Assembly: GCA_046563655.1 (NCBI GenBank)
Contig: CM102287.1
Coordinates: 6,014,001 to 6,078,000 of the forward strand
DNA: 64,000 nucleotides
DNA from: Yuukianura sp. NJ FZ-2021
Lineage: Eukaryota
Direction: 5' to 3'
This document shows positions 35,561 through 48,546 of the stretch, piece by piece. Position 1 is the first letter of the stretch. Every line of letters starts with the position of its first letter. The position numbers and the translations under genes are program-made. The notes below the pieces were generated by a model. It searched no databases and had not been told where the DNA came from. It saw only the letters and a program-made list of their open reading frames with translations.

Positions 35561-36283
35561 ATGTTTAAAATTGTAAGTCCGAGATTGTCAAGATTAAAAG
35601 TGAAACTTTCTTTTCCAATACTTTTTTAACACCTTAAAAATTTCAATATTAAAATTCCAATATTTTAGGTGTTGTTGGCCATGCTCGTCGGAGTTGCTTG
35701 TGGAGGACTTGCTCCTCAGGGACACTTTGTCAAGTACGGGTTTAACATTGCTGGAGGACAAGGTGGATACGGCGGCGGTTACGGAGGTTATGGAGGTGGG
35801 ACTAAATTTTTAAACACACTTTCAAAAATTTACTTACTATATTTTTGAATTAGATGTTTTATATAATTCAAATATTATATGTTTTATATTAATATGTTTG
35901 GTTTTAGGATATGGTGGATACGGATCTGTCAAGGTTGACCAAGGCCCACACGCCTACAACTACGGAGTAAGTTCAATTTGTTTTGTGACGCTACAGTTTA
36001 TTTCAAGAAAAAAGTTAAAATTTGAATTTGATTAATTCAACATCTTTAAGCCCAATTTAAACTTGATTTTGAATTGTTCAGGTTCAGACGCAAGCTCATG
36101 GTGGAAACAGTTTCATTCAGCAGGGAGCTGCTTTCGGAGGATATGGTGCGTCTTAAATCTGTTTTCTCAACTTAATTGCTTAACTTAAGTTGATCTTGAC
36201 GTAACGTAAAAACTTGATAATTTACTTTTCTAAACTTCTAAAATGTAGGTGGCTATGGACATGGCTATGGATACGGACACTAA
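35561..36283 (+). CDS. Small secreted Gly/Tyr-rich (GGYG) structural protein, 5 short exons, probably cuticular
   Basis: TATAAAA near 35457. MFKI|VLLAMLVGVACG...GGYGGGYGGYG|GYGGYGSVKVDQGPHAYNYG|VQTQAHGGNSFIQQGAAFGGY|GGYGHGYGYGH*. Absent from the ORF track because the exons are tiny. Confidence 0.85.
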
Positions 36284-36686
36284 AGAATCTCAACCTCCAG
36301 ATGAACCTTTGATATTGAAAGGCTATCATAAAGACTCCTTATAAATTGTTACCATCAGAGTCAGAGTCAGTCAGTATTTAATTTTGAGTCTTGTGGAAAA
36401 TAAAAGTAAATAGAATTTATTTTTGGAATGAAAGAAAGTTGTGCTCGAAGGATATTTATTTGACCTTTGACCTAAGGACGGACCATGCACTCCTACGCTG
36501 CTTTGAATTTAGCCTTTCCTTTTTATCTTCTAAAGCAGAATTTCTTTGAGTTCCATCAACGAAAACAACAAGTGAGGCTGAACTCTGAATTCATGACAGA
36601 AGTCAGTTAAACCCGTAAAAGTTCAGTTTAACAGTTCACTATTCTGGTTTACGAAGTTATTCTTTGGAAATTTTTAAATAAGCACG

Positions 36687-38304
36687 ATGCGATCTGAGCT
36701 ATTGCATTCTGAGCGACCATCCAGTTTTGCAGGCATTTGGAAATATCCTGCTGGCCGGGAATTACTTTTCCAGAGTGCAGTCGATTGGATGAATGGTGAG
36801 GCAAGAGTTTATGGATTCGCAAAAAAATACTAACTTTTGGTAAAAAGTACTTTTAAGTACAAGAAATTAAGAAATACTTTATTTTTGAAAATAGGAAAGA
36901 GACAAGATGACAATTTGAACGGTCTGTGGAGAGTTCATGACAAAATTTACGATCTACAAACTTTTATTAAACACCATCCTGGAGGTTCTGATTGGTTGGA
37001 AATGACTCGTGGAACAGATATTACCGAGTCGTTTGAAGTTTCGCATATAGCCAATCCGGAATTAGTTGAAAAGACTCTCAAATCATACTTTGTTTGCAAT
37101 GCCACTTCACCCCGAATGTCACCGTATGCGTTCGATGACAACGGATTCTACAAAGTTCTCAAGGCAAAGGCTGGACCAGTGGTGAAGGTCTGATCTCCAT
37201 TTTGGCTGTCGCTTTTTATGTTGACGTTTGGCATTGATAAAAAGTTGCGTTAGATTTTTTAAAACAAATTAAGCAATTCTTTTTATAGGCTATTGGATCA
37301 GGACCGACTCCACAGATCCTATGGATGATGGATTCTTTAGTGATTCTGTTTCTTCTGATGACACTTTTGGCAACAACTGTCGATTCTTTCACGTTGCAAA
37401 TTTTGACTGGACTGGTATTGGCTCTCACGACAGTTGCAGCACACAATTTCTTACATCTAAAACAAAATTGGCGAACTTACTACTACGACTTGTCCTGGTT
37501 TTCTTCCTATGAGTTCCGAATCACCCATGCCCTTAGTCACCACTTATATCCAAACACAATCATGGTGAAATTACTCAAACTTTTTTCCAACAAGTTTTGA
37601 GGCGATGTTTAACCAATTTATCCTATTTTTTTTAGGATTTTGAAATTTCTGCGTTTGAGCCTTTTTTGGAATTCTTGCCGAAACGAAACAAGAATTGGAT
37701 TCAGCGTTACGGCCCTGTTTTCTACAGCCACGTTATTAACGCTTTGGTTTTATTTGTCGCTTTTTGCACACGTTGGTTTCGGATATCCAAAGGTCACCAA
37801 GCCTTTTACCCCGAAAACCTTCTCCCAATTCTCCATCTTCTATTATGTTTCGCCTTCAGTCCATCTTTGACCTCAGCAGTATCTGCTTGGCTCACAATCC
37901 ACTTCTCAGCTTCCTACTTCTACCATCTAATTGGATTCAATGCTGCCCATCACCATCCGAGCATATTTCATGATGGAGATGAGGCCAGGGCAGATCCAGA
38001 TTTTGGCCTTTGTCAACTCGACGCTGTTCGAGAGCGTTCGGATCCACTGATTCAGAACTCTCTATTTGTTCAATTGATTGGATTTGGAGAGCATTCGCTT
38101 CATCACCTCTTCCCTACAGTATGCATTTCCAAACTGATGTACTTGAAGCCTATTTTGGAAGATACGCTGAAAGAATTCGAAGAAGAATTTCCAGCGATGT
38201 CGCAGAAGGAGCTGTTTGTTGGAACGCTAGCGCAACTCAGACGGATTCAGCGACATGGCCTTGAAGAACAAAAAAAAATTAGCAACCACAATTACGACGA
38301 GTAA
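36687..38304 (+). CDS. Cyt-b5-r: Cytochrome b5-related protein (cyt b5 domain fused to a desaturase-like domain), 4 exons
   Basis: LWRVHDKIYDL..FIKHHPGG..WLEMTRGTDITESFE, AHNFLH, THALSHHLYPNT, NAAHHHP, FGEHSLHHLFPT. Confidence 0.9.
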
Positions 38305-38839
38305 TAATTGGACAAATTGAAATGTGTCAACCGCAATTGTCTCAACAAATATGCCTCAATTGGATCAACAAATATTGCACCAACAGGCTAACCCTTGACA
38401 TAGTAAACTTATTTTGAACAATTCCTCTTTTGATAAAACTAAAATTGGTCTGTTGCTACAATTTGCGCTGACCTAATTTTAATTGAACCATTTAAACAAT
38501 TTAGTCCGAGAGTGAAGGTCAAGTAAGTTATACGTTTAGGCTAGTTGTCTAGGCTAGTTAGGTAAAGTTACGTTATCAAGACTGCTATTTTAAACAAGCA
38601 TATTATTGATGCAAAGTGGAACGTAAAAGTATAGTACAAAGCGTTAAATGAAAATTATAGTCGTTTTCAATGCTACCTCAAATTCACTACAATAAATAAC
38701 AAAATTTACTTCTTTCAAAAACTACAAAACACAAAATTTTGGCACTTTTTGCTAATTTCAGCACCAATGAACACACATACTACTACTCACTCATTCACAC
38801 GTTAATTAATCACTGCATTTGACGTAACAGGTTTAAGCT

Positions 38840-41474
38840 CTAATAATTTTCTAGTTCTACTTCTTCCCCTGTCGTGTCTCTGAGGATTTTTGCAAGAAGG
38901 TGCGGCGGAACCATTGGGCGGCGACTCTCATCAATTTCCTTAAGCTCGACGTACGGCTTGTTGTTTCTGCCTTGTGACCTTGACATTTCCACCAACTTTT
39001 CCAAATTTTCTGGACCTTCAGCATAGTAATCATCTTGACCTTCCGATTGCTCTGGTAGCTTTGGGGCTTCAGTAAGCTGCAGTTTTTCGCGTAGTGCTTT
39101 CAGCTTTTCTTGATTTTGCAAATTTCCGCGTGGTTTTGGATTGTTTTCCAACCGCTGCATGTAGTCGCGGACTCTTGGATTTTCTGGACGCTGAAAATTT
39201 TCTGTCAACTTTGAATCTTCCGTTCGTTGAAAATTTTCTCTCAGTTTTGGAAGATTTGGACGCGGGAACTTTTGTCTCAGTTTCGGATTTTCTGGACGAT
39301 ACTTGATTGTTGGTTCAGGCATAGTATGCTGTGCCAATTCTGGTAGATCGACTCCGTACGGTGGGGGTAAGTCAGGATTGGATGGAAACGGTTCCAAAAT
39401 TTTGCCGTTAAGTTCAAAACCAAGTGCAGATTGCAAATATCCTTCATCAATAAACGCTGGACCGCCTAGATTCCGTGCTTGTAAGGCTGCAAAAGCTGCT
39501 TCATCTGCCGGTAAAACAACTCCTGGAGAGTAGTCGATGTCGACATATTTAGAAGAAAACTTGGGTGGATGAACTGTTCTGGAGGAAGTGACTGAACCTG
39601 ATCCAATAGGTTGGTTGTGCCCGCCAGATTCAAAAAGTGGTTCACGAACTAATGGGCCGAGGTCAACCGGCGAAGGCCGAAACGGTTTTCGGTCATATGC
39701 TGGCGGTACTTCCCCAGAGAATTCTCGCGGTCCAAAACCCGGAAACTGCTGCCGGTTTCTATCACCGTGGGATTGTGCTTGGACATGCGGCGGTGGTGGT
39801 ACCGGTCCGTACGGATTCAGAAACGGTTGAAACCGGTCATTAGAAAATGATGTAATCAATTTGTTTCTAACTGCGTTGTAGTAATCAGGATCCACAATTG
39901 ACTTGTACACCGTCTGAGGCTTTTTTGAGTCTCTTTCCGGTTTGCTTCTAGTGTTAATGCCAGTACCATCCGCCGGAACAATTTTGAACGGTCTATGTGG
40001 AGGTGCTGCCGTGCCGGTACCGTGGACAGTCGCTGCGGTTTTATCCGATTGAAGTTGAGTTCCCTTGTAGCTCAATAGTGTCGGTGGTCGCTTCAAGTAT
40101 CTCGGTTTTGGTTCCTGGACGGCAGCTTCTGGCTCTCTCACTTGATAAATCGTATATTGCGGAGTATCTTCTACTGCAGAATAACCCATACCAATTTCAG
40201 CTATAAGTTTGTTGATATCTGGGTTCTGGATGACTTCAATTCCATTTTGTACTTTCTGTTCCTTGAAAGACTGCGACGGTATCGCAGATTGTTCAGGGAT
40301 TAAAGGATTTGTGACTTTGGAGGCAGATTTGAACAGCGATTGAGTCGGTGACTGCGTCTCCTGCTGCTGTAAAATTTGTGTATATTGATTCTGCGCCAAT
40401 TGCAACTGCGGTGTGTGTTGCAGCCTTGGGTCAAACAAGAACGCATCTTGACCTATGACCTGAAGCGGGACTTCCAATGGAACCTGCGTCTGCGCAATAG
40501 GTACAAAATTTGTTATTTGTGGAGCCTGAGTGGTTATGACTGGTGCTGGAGTAGTTCTGCTCAGAGCATCGAGTTGTTCCTGAAGACGCTGAAGCTGAGC
40601 AGCTTGAACTTGCTGAATTTGGGCTTGCAGTTGTAACTGAATCGCTTGTGCTTGAACGACTCGCGACTGGTCGTCGGTCGTTACTCTCTCAGGTTCCGGT
40701 GGTGCCTGGACTGGCAAAAGTGTGTACAATTGACCATCAGTTCCCTGAGCAAAAAGTTGACCTGGACCTGGAACGGCTGAAATTTCTTTTGGACTTCGTT
40801 GAGACGAGACTGAATTCGCTTGTTGGGCAATTTCTTGCTGCTTAGATGCCACGACTTGAGAAACAAGCTTTTGATGAATCAACTGCGAAATGACATTTTC
40901 TGGTGTTTGAACATTTTCAGCGCTCGACGGTACAACAGTGGCAGCAACTGGAGAGGTTTCGACTTTCTCCATTTCGGAATTCTGTGTATCCTCTGGAGCC
41001 TTCAAAAAATTTAAGCTCATCTTCAGCATAAGTCGAAGTGGATTTGGATTTTCGGGAGAATCGTGTTCAAAATTACTTACTGAACTGAGTTCAGCTTGAC
41101 CTTTTAACATTCTCGTCATTTCGACTTGTTGTTGCTGTTCATTAGATCGGTTTTGCAAAATTTCACTTTCGACTTCATCGGGATTCAATCCAGCGCGCTG
41201 CTCCAAATTTTGTTCAAAAGGTTTCATCCCTGCTTCTTCTGGAACACCATCAGCTACTGAAGCATTGTCTTTTTCCGCAAAATTTTCAATTTCTTGACAT
41301 TTGTAGCTTGGCAAAGTACCTGAAACAACAAAATTGTGCACGATAAACTTTATTTGTTTGTATTTGCGCTTTTGTTAAGAAAAACGAAAACGTTTTTGTT
41401 GAAAAACATTTCTCAAAATACTTACCAAGTACTAAAATTCCTAAGAACAGACGAACCACGAGCGTCCTCGCCAT
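38840..41474 (-). CDS. Large secreted Gln/Pro-rich low-complexity protein of unknown function (exons 41474-41426, 41319-38840)
   Basis: Signal peptide MARTLVVRLFLGILVL|GTLPSYKC joined to a 2.5-kb open exon. Gln-rich middle and ENFQRPENPK-like repeats. No recognised domain. Confidence 0.75.
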
Positions 41475-43521
41475 TGTTGACCAATCTCACGTCGCAAGTG
41501 TCAGAATTACTTCTAACTTGATGAACAATGCACCTCTCTTCAATTGGTGTCAAACTTGTTGAAAACAAAATCTTCAATGCAATTTTGAGAGAAAAAAACA
41601 CAATTTAATTACAAGTCTGTGAAAATTGTAAAAATTACTTTCGTATGAGAACGAATTGACATTTTTACTCTATCAAACCAGAAGCACAATGAGAAAAAAC
41701 AAGCAAAGTAAAATCAAGGTTATGCTGGTCAAGCTCATTCACTTCAAGTTTTCTCCCAAACTTTCGCTTTTCAATGTTAACACAAATACACAAATAATTA
41801 GAAATCACTTAAACTCATCCAAATTGTACTTTGAATTCAATTCAATGGTTTGCCAAGTCAAACTCGATTTAGAATTTTACTTTTGGTACAATTGTCTAAA
41901 AAACCGGAATTTGACAGGTCAAATATCAAGACAAGGAAAATTAGCCAAAAACTACTTTCGCAGAGCAGAAAAGTTGCAAATTTAAATTGAACTTATAATT
42001 AACACTTGATTAAAGTTAATTTGCTGACCTGGAAGTTGTGTTCTGTCCAAGTAGACTTTGAAGACTGTTGAAAAAGTGGATCTGCGCGAAGGAAGATGAA
42101 GGTGCCCTGATTTATGCTTGATTTGACTTACTTCCTGTCCATCCTCCGTCTCGTGTCAACTGATCCAACCACTTTTACTTTTATGTCAAAAAGTTAACAG
42201 GCTTAGCCAAATGGGGGTTACGGTGACCAAAGCCTGTTAACCTAAGTTAACTTAAAGTATAATTAATTTTTAGTTCCGATTCATTTAAGAAGAGCTCTTA
42301 CAACTTAACCAAAAGAAGCTTTACTGAAACTTTCGTTTTGAGGCGGGGCTGCAAAAATTGCGAGTAAACAATTTATTCGTAAAAGATGAAGAGGAAGAAG
42401 AACAACACGCATCTTCCTATCTTCTGAATACAAAGAAGTAAAATCTTGTTGCAAATTGCGAAAACACTTATGATCTTCTTCATCTTTTTCACCCACGCCC
42501 AAAAAACTAATCTAAATCATATCAAGAGCTTAAGTCATGACTTTCTAATCAAAAACTAATCAAATTGCGGTCTATTTTCTTTATAATTAACAAACTTTGA
42601 AAGTTGATACATTCCTTTTCGTTTTTTAGCAATAGAAAACACAGTTTCCCTTTGTTTTGAGTTCAGGTTAATATAAAGTTGATTCAATATGCTTTACTTA
42701 CGATGGTTCATGTAAATTACATAAGGTGAGTAATTAAATATGCTTTAAATTAAATAAAAAGTTGTCATTTTGTCATAATTAATAGCCCTACTACAGCGGA
42801 AGTGAAATCGAACATTTCCTTCCTGCTCTTTGGTTGATCTGTGCAAATTTCTTTCATTGATACTATCAATTGTAAATGACGTGTGTATTCTAAATCGTTG
42901 CTGTTAATTTCTGTACAGCAACGGAAAAGATTGAAAACACTTTTAAATACATTTCCTCTTAGGTAGTGTCTCGGCTGCACAAGTAACTATCGTATTCGTA
43001 ATTAATATGACGTAAAAGTAGTTTTACGCGTTCGTGATTTTGGATTTGTAAGTTATATCAATGTTTTACATTTTTACTAATGCGAGAAAAATGAATACAG
43101 ATGGGATTAATTTGTTGATGAAACGATCACCAACTTATAACGTTAATAAGATTATGATGATTTCTTAATTTATAATTTATATTTCGTATCTTTCATATTC
43201 TTTCAAACTAATACGCAACACAAAGACTTTTAACACAAGACTTCTATGATTTGTTGTAATTGCAACAAAACTACGTAAAATAGTTTGATAAAACATATTT
43301 GTACTATTAAAAGTGTTCTACTCCTATACGAATAAATCTTGCGAGCACTATCAGCATCTCAAAATTATTGTGAAAATTCTACAAGAATGTAGCCAATATT
43401 ATACCGAGTTTTAACGTTGGCAAAAATAGAGATCCGTAGGCAATGTTCTGGAGTTGGTTTAAAAGTTGCATAGCAAAAATGGTAAATTGTTACAATTCGT
43501 AGTAGTGCCTTCAATATTTTA

Positions 43522-45216
43522 TCAGTAGGACAGCAAGCTAAACGCAATTCCCCGCGCCAAATTGTCCAGTAGAGTTAACTTGGCTTTCTAGAAGCAAAAA
43601 AAGACACAACTCGACAACTTGAGTTTTTCTTAATTAATTACCGACCAAGGTATTTATGAGTCTCATTGCCGGGAATTTCCTTTTCCCGATGCCTTATACA
43701 ATCCTCCAACGGTACATTTTAAAACTGGTAGTGAAATCAGCGTTTTAATGCGTAAATTCCATAGGGGCAAAATAGGCGGTTGAAGTTGTCGATTCAGGTT
43801 GTTCATGTTCTGACGAAATTTGGACGAAATGTTGTAGACTCTGGACATGAGCATTGCGCCAGGAGCAATCAAAATTCCGAAAGTTACGGTATAGAACTAC
43901 TCGCCAATAAAACAGTCATTCCCGGATGCAGAGCATGACGCAAACGTATGATGACCGAAAGCGGCTATGAATGTAGCCAATATTATACCGAGTTTTAAGG
44001 TTGGTAAAAATAGAGATCCGTATGCAATGTTCTGGAGTTGGTTCAATAGTTGCATTGAACGGTAAACTCGGATACAAGTCGTTCCCTTGTCTTGAACATT
44101 TGTGCACTCCAAACTGATCAAAAAAAAATTTAACGCAGAGATTGTGTCGATTATTACCGAAAGACGTGGTTCGAAAAAAAATCATTAAAAAGACAAATTA
44201 AAAGAAAATCTAAATATATAGTTTTTTCCTTTTAACTACAGTAGAAGTAGAACCTATTGCAAAATGCGTTCTGATTGGTCGATATAAAAAAAAGTTGTAT
44301 GTGTTACCGTTCTCCTCTGCTATCTGATTTGAAAGTAGAAATTATTTAACTTTAATAGTATCCCGCAGTTACGAGAGGCGCAGCTTACGCTAGATGGGTT
44401 CTACTGTCATAATTCTACTTGTCATAATCATAATTTTTATTGTGGTCAGCGATTGCTTACCAAGCTTTGCTCAGCCATAGAATAATTGTAAGTAATGATG
44501 GTACGAACACTCCAGTAAGAATTTCGGCATCGCTCAACAGTTGAATTGTGCAAACTGTCTGACCTACTGCAATACACACGCATATACAAAACGTCGTAAA
44601 CATTGGAGCAGTGATCACAATTCCAAGAATTCCAGAAGAAATTATAGATCCTGCAACCAAATAGGACATACAAGCATACATTTTTCCACGAAACGATGCA
44701 TTATGCACAGCTTTGGTCAATTCGGTTCCAGCATCTTCCATTTGAACTTTTCCTACCAAAAACAGAATCCTATCATGCAATGAAAACATTCAAACCTTTC
44801 AAAAAATACAACCAACCACAAGATTTGTAAGGAAATCTAAAGAAAAAAATTGTTACAATACCAAGAGCACTTTCAGTCCCAACGCTGAAAATATTGTTGA
44901 CAAGATGCGTTAGTTCATTCTGGTAGAACATCATGGTTAACCGAAGTGGCACTGCGGCGACAGCAGCAGTAAATAGTAAAACAGTTATGACTTTAACTGT
45001 AGCAGAGGTTGTAGTTAAACTTCGGAGAAGCAGTAGCGCTGCATTCAAAATTTGAAAAGTTAGCAAAATTTTTCGAATTTGTGATCGTACTTTTCCCGGG
45101 GGTGAAAATGGTTTGACATGAAAAGAGTTTTGAACCAATTCAATTTCCGACATTTTTAAATATGCGAAATTATTTAATAATTTTTGTAAGAATTTCAGTT
45201 CATATTGAGTTAACAT
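43522..45216 (-). pseudogene. Disrupted gustatory/odorant-receptor-like gene, paralog of 46469-47875
   Basis: Co-linear with its neighbour (MLTQYELK, CIRVYRSMQL, PGAMLMS, PVLKCTVGGLY, KAKLTLLDNLARGIAFSLL). It has a frameshift near 43950, a TAG at 43899-43897 and no exon-3 donor before a TGA at 43665-43663. Confidence 0.75.
44239..44407. mobile_element. Short Tc1/mariner-type MITE remnant in a receptor pseudogene intron
   Basis: TA-CAGTAGA(AGTAGA)ACCTAT at the left and ATGGGTTCTACTG at the right are inverted termini of CAGT type. This intron is much longer than the equivalent one in the paralog. Confidence 0.55.
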
Positions 45217-46468
45217 TCTTATTACACTTTTTTTTTGCTGATCAAATCCCGGAGAAAATGTTTCTTTAACTGTTATGGATTTGAACAATTCGTCTGAAGT
45301 GCAAGGAAATGCCAACAGGGAGCATGTATCTGCATTTGCTACTGTATTTGAATTTTTTCACACCTCAAAACCCTTCACTACCGCCCTGTCATTAGTCTAA
45401 TTAGGTACTCATGGGCCAATTTTCACCTTTTTCTCGCAGCTTTTCCAGTAGAAGCTTGTTGAGGGCCCCAATTTTAGTCAAACTTTGAAATTGTAATGTG
45501 TGCTTTCATTAAAAATGTTGTGAAGGACATTATTTAAGCTTGAGCAAGGACTACGACAAAAGTTTTCTCCAGGAAATTAAAGATGAAAGGAAGAAGCATC
45601 AATTAAAGTTGAAGGTTGTCCAACCAGCAAATGGGGTTACGATTCAACTTCAAAATTCATGCTCGGCAAATAACTGTATACTGTCCGCATTGCCAAATTG
45701 TTAGCTGGGCTACATGGTGAAATGGCCAAAATATTTGGCCAAAAGTGAAAAGGCCGCCACAATGCAAAAGACGATTGGATATGGATAGGTTAGATGAGGT
45801 TTTTTCCTTTTTACTTTTTTTCCCTAACCTTTTCACTTTTAGTCATTTCACTTTCTAAGCAAATTACATAAATACACACTAAACTTTATTTTAAAAAAAA
45901 AGTAAGTACAAAGTTCCGAGTTGCTGAGGCAGTTATAATTTACTCATTCATATATTTACTCACGATTAAACACAAAAGTGCCAACTTCATTTCTAATTTG
46001 CTTTTAATTACTAATATGAGATTTAAGCGCAGCAGACGTCATTTGAAAAGGCTGTTAACTCTAATTCCTTTCTCCAATTACGGTGCACTATTCAGTGCGG
46101 AGAATAAAATTACAGGAGACGCCTAGGTCACAATTACCATCCATTTTGTCTTATTGACGTTTCTGTCGCACCTTCTTCGGACCATGAAGCGTTTTAACCC
46201 GAAATTAACATTTTAGTGCTGTCCCGCCTATCGCAGTCCTTTTTTTTTAGAAGTTAAAGCAATTATTACACGTGCCAAAATTACCGAGTAGAGTCAATGT
46301 GGCTTTCTGAAACGCCAAAAAAATTATTGAGGGTAACTTCACGAAAGAAAGTCGACGTCGACTTCGCGCTCAAAATTTTGTCTAAAGGCATTACCGATTT
46401 TAAGAAAAAGCTGTTAATAATATCATAAGATAAAACAAAAATTTTATGAATCCTTTTTCGACTAGTTT

Positions 46469-47875
46469 TTAGATGGAAAGCAAACTGAAGGCAATTCCAC
46501 GTGCCATGTTGTCCAACAGTGTCAATTTGGCTTCCTGAAAACACAAAGTAAAAAATACCAATTTTTTTGAATTCTTGAATTAAAAAATTCATTCTTAAAA
46601 TTACTTTTACAAGCTTTTAGGCGTATGTTAATCATCGACTAACCCCTTCCATATGATACAATCCTCCAATTGTACATTTTAAGACCGGCATTGATCTTAG
46701 CGTTTTGGCGTAGTATCGTTGTGGAACTGGAACAGCATTTTCCAGTTGATTAACACCGTTGTTCATGTTCTGATGGAATTTGGATGAAATGTTGTAGACT
46801 TTGGACATGAGCATTGCACCAGGACCAATCACAAGCGTCATGTTGATTATATAAAAGACAAGTGCGACGGTGATACCTGGATGAAGAACATGATTCAGAC
46901 GTACGAGACAGAATACGACCATGCATGTAGTTACAATCACTCCCAGTTTTACGGTAGGCAGAAATATTGATCCGTAGACAACGTTGTGGAGTTGGTTCAT
47001 CAGTTGCATTGACCGGTAAATACGGATACAACTCGGTTGCTTACCGTCAACATTAGCCCACTCTAAACTGAATAACAAAAATAAAATTTTAAAACGTGTA
47101 AACCAGTGTAACTTACGATTAGAAACTTTTTTTTTCAAAATTAGTGCGAACCAGGCTTTACGGAGCCAAAGTATAAGAGAGACTATGGATGGAACGAAAA
47201 TTGCCAAAAGCAGCGTAGTATCGCTCGCCAATTGAAACCAGCAAATGGCCTGGACAATAACCATGACGATGGAGATCCACCATGATGAAAACATGGACCA
47301 ACTAACAAGAATTCCAATAAGTCCAACGGAAAAGATGCTTACAGGAACGCAGCACATCATCGCAGCATACAATTTAGCACGGAGCAATTTCTCCTGCGTG
47401 GCTTCCAGTTCCACTTTGGTTTCAGAACTTTCTCTTTCATGCTGATCTAAAAGTTTCAAGAAAAGTAAAAACTTGTTAAATTTATGAACTACAAATTAAA
47501 CAGGCTAAGGGGTTGAACATAAATCTTACCAAGGATTTGACCGATGCTGAAGACGTTATTGCTGAGCTGAGCCAGTTCGTTCTTGTATAGCAGCATAGTC
47601 AAGCGGAATGCGATTGACGCAGTGCCTTCGATTGCTACGATCATCGCTATGATTTTAATCGTAACAGACGTTGTGGTAAGAATTCGTGTCAGCAAAAGAA
47701 GCACATTTAGCACGTGACCAATCAAAAACGGTTTTGCAAATATTGCTCGTATTCCTTTCACCTCAACTACTCTAACTTGGAAAGAATTTTCAATCAATTC
47801 AATTTCTACCACTTTAAGGTTCGTCAAAATTGCAAGAACAGTTTGACACAATTTCAATTCATATTGCGTCAGCAT
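46469..47875 (-). CDS. Multi-TM chemoreceptor-like (GR/OR superfamily-like) protein, 4 exons, apparently intact
   Basis: About 390 aa with multiple hydrophobic helices, YRSMQLMNQLHN, and PVLKCTIGGLYHMEG|EAKLTLLDNMARGIAFSLLSI* with a phase-0 intron before the last helix. This layout is typical of arthropod GR-type receptors. The family call is by architecture only. Confidence 0.65.
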
Positions 47876-48546
47876 TTTGAATTTGATTTTTTAAGTGTGG
47901 ATTTGGGGAACTATTTCCAATTCGAAATGAGATTGAGATTCAAACGAAAGCTGTCGTTTTATCTTCCTTATTATAGCCTTAAAATTGTACGGTTTTTGTT
48001 TACTAAACGTTTAAGTAAGTTTATTATAAAGGGCAAACCCTCTGTAATTGCCCCAGAAAAGTGCCAAAATTTCTAATTCGTTGCTAATTGCGGTATAAGT
48101 TAAGGTGAGAAGTAAAAGTTAAAAGAGAAGTAATTTGTATAATGTTGAACAAATATAAGTAACTACTTAAGTAATTACGCTGTGTAACAAAGTCGCTCAT
48201 TTTCCATAATTTCATAAACCGTTGCTTGTGAAGCTGAAAATATTTTTCTGAAAATTAACGTTCCTCAGCTTAAAACGTGGAAAATTTTAAGGTAGAGAAA
48301 AAAGTTGGACCAAGATCAAAAGCAATTTTGTTAAAGATGAGTCTTTATTTTTTTAATGTCTTACCTAACTTAGTAATTAATTTGCAATTACATTTTAACA
48401 AGTAGGAACTAAAATGTGAATAGTTAAATAGCTTTGCGCTTCCAACTTCTTCGGTGCGAAAGGATAAATTAAGTAGTAAATGAGTAAGGAAAAAAGTTGT
48501 GCTTCTATACACTTTTTCACTAGAATCCAAATTACTTTGGAAAACT

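Noticed and set aside
41673..41739. Hydrophobic 21-codon ORF resembling a signal peptide upstream of the Gln/Pro-rich gene
   Set aside because: It ends in TGA, and the ATG at 41474 already gives a complete signal peptide with a strong donor.
42192..42242. 12-bp hairpin GTTAACAGGCTT/AAGCCTGTTAAC
   Set aside because: Isolated intergenic hairpin, probably a repeat relic, with no supporting context.
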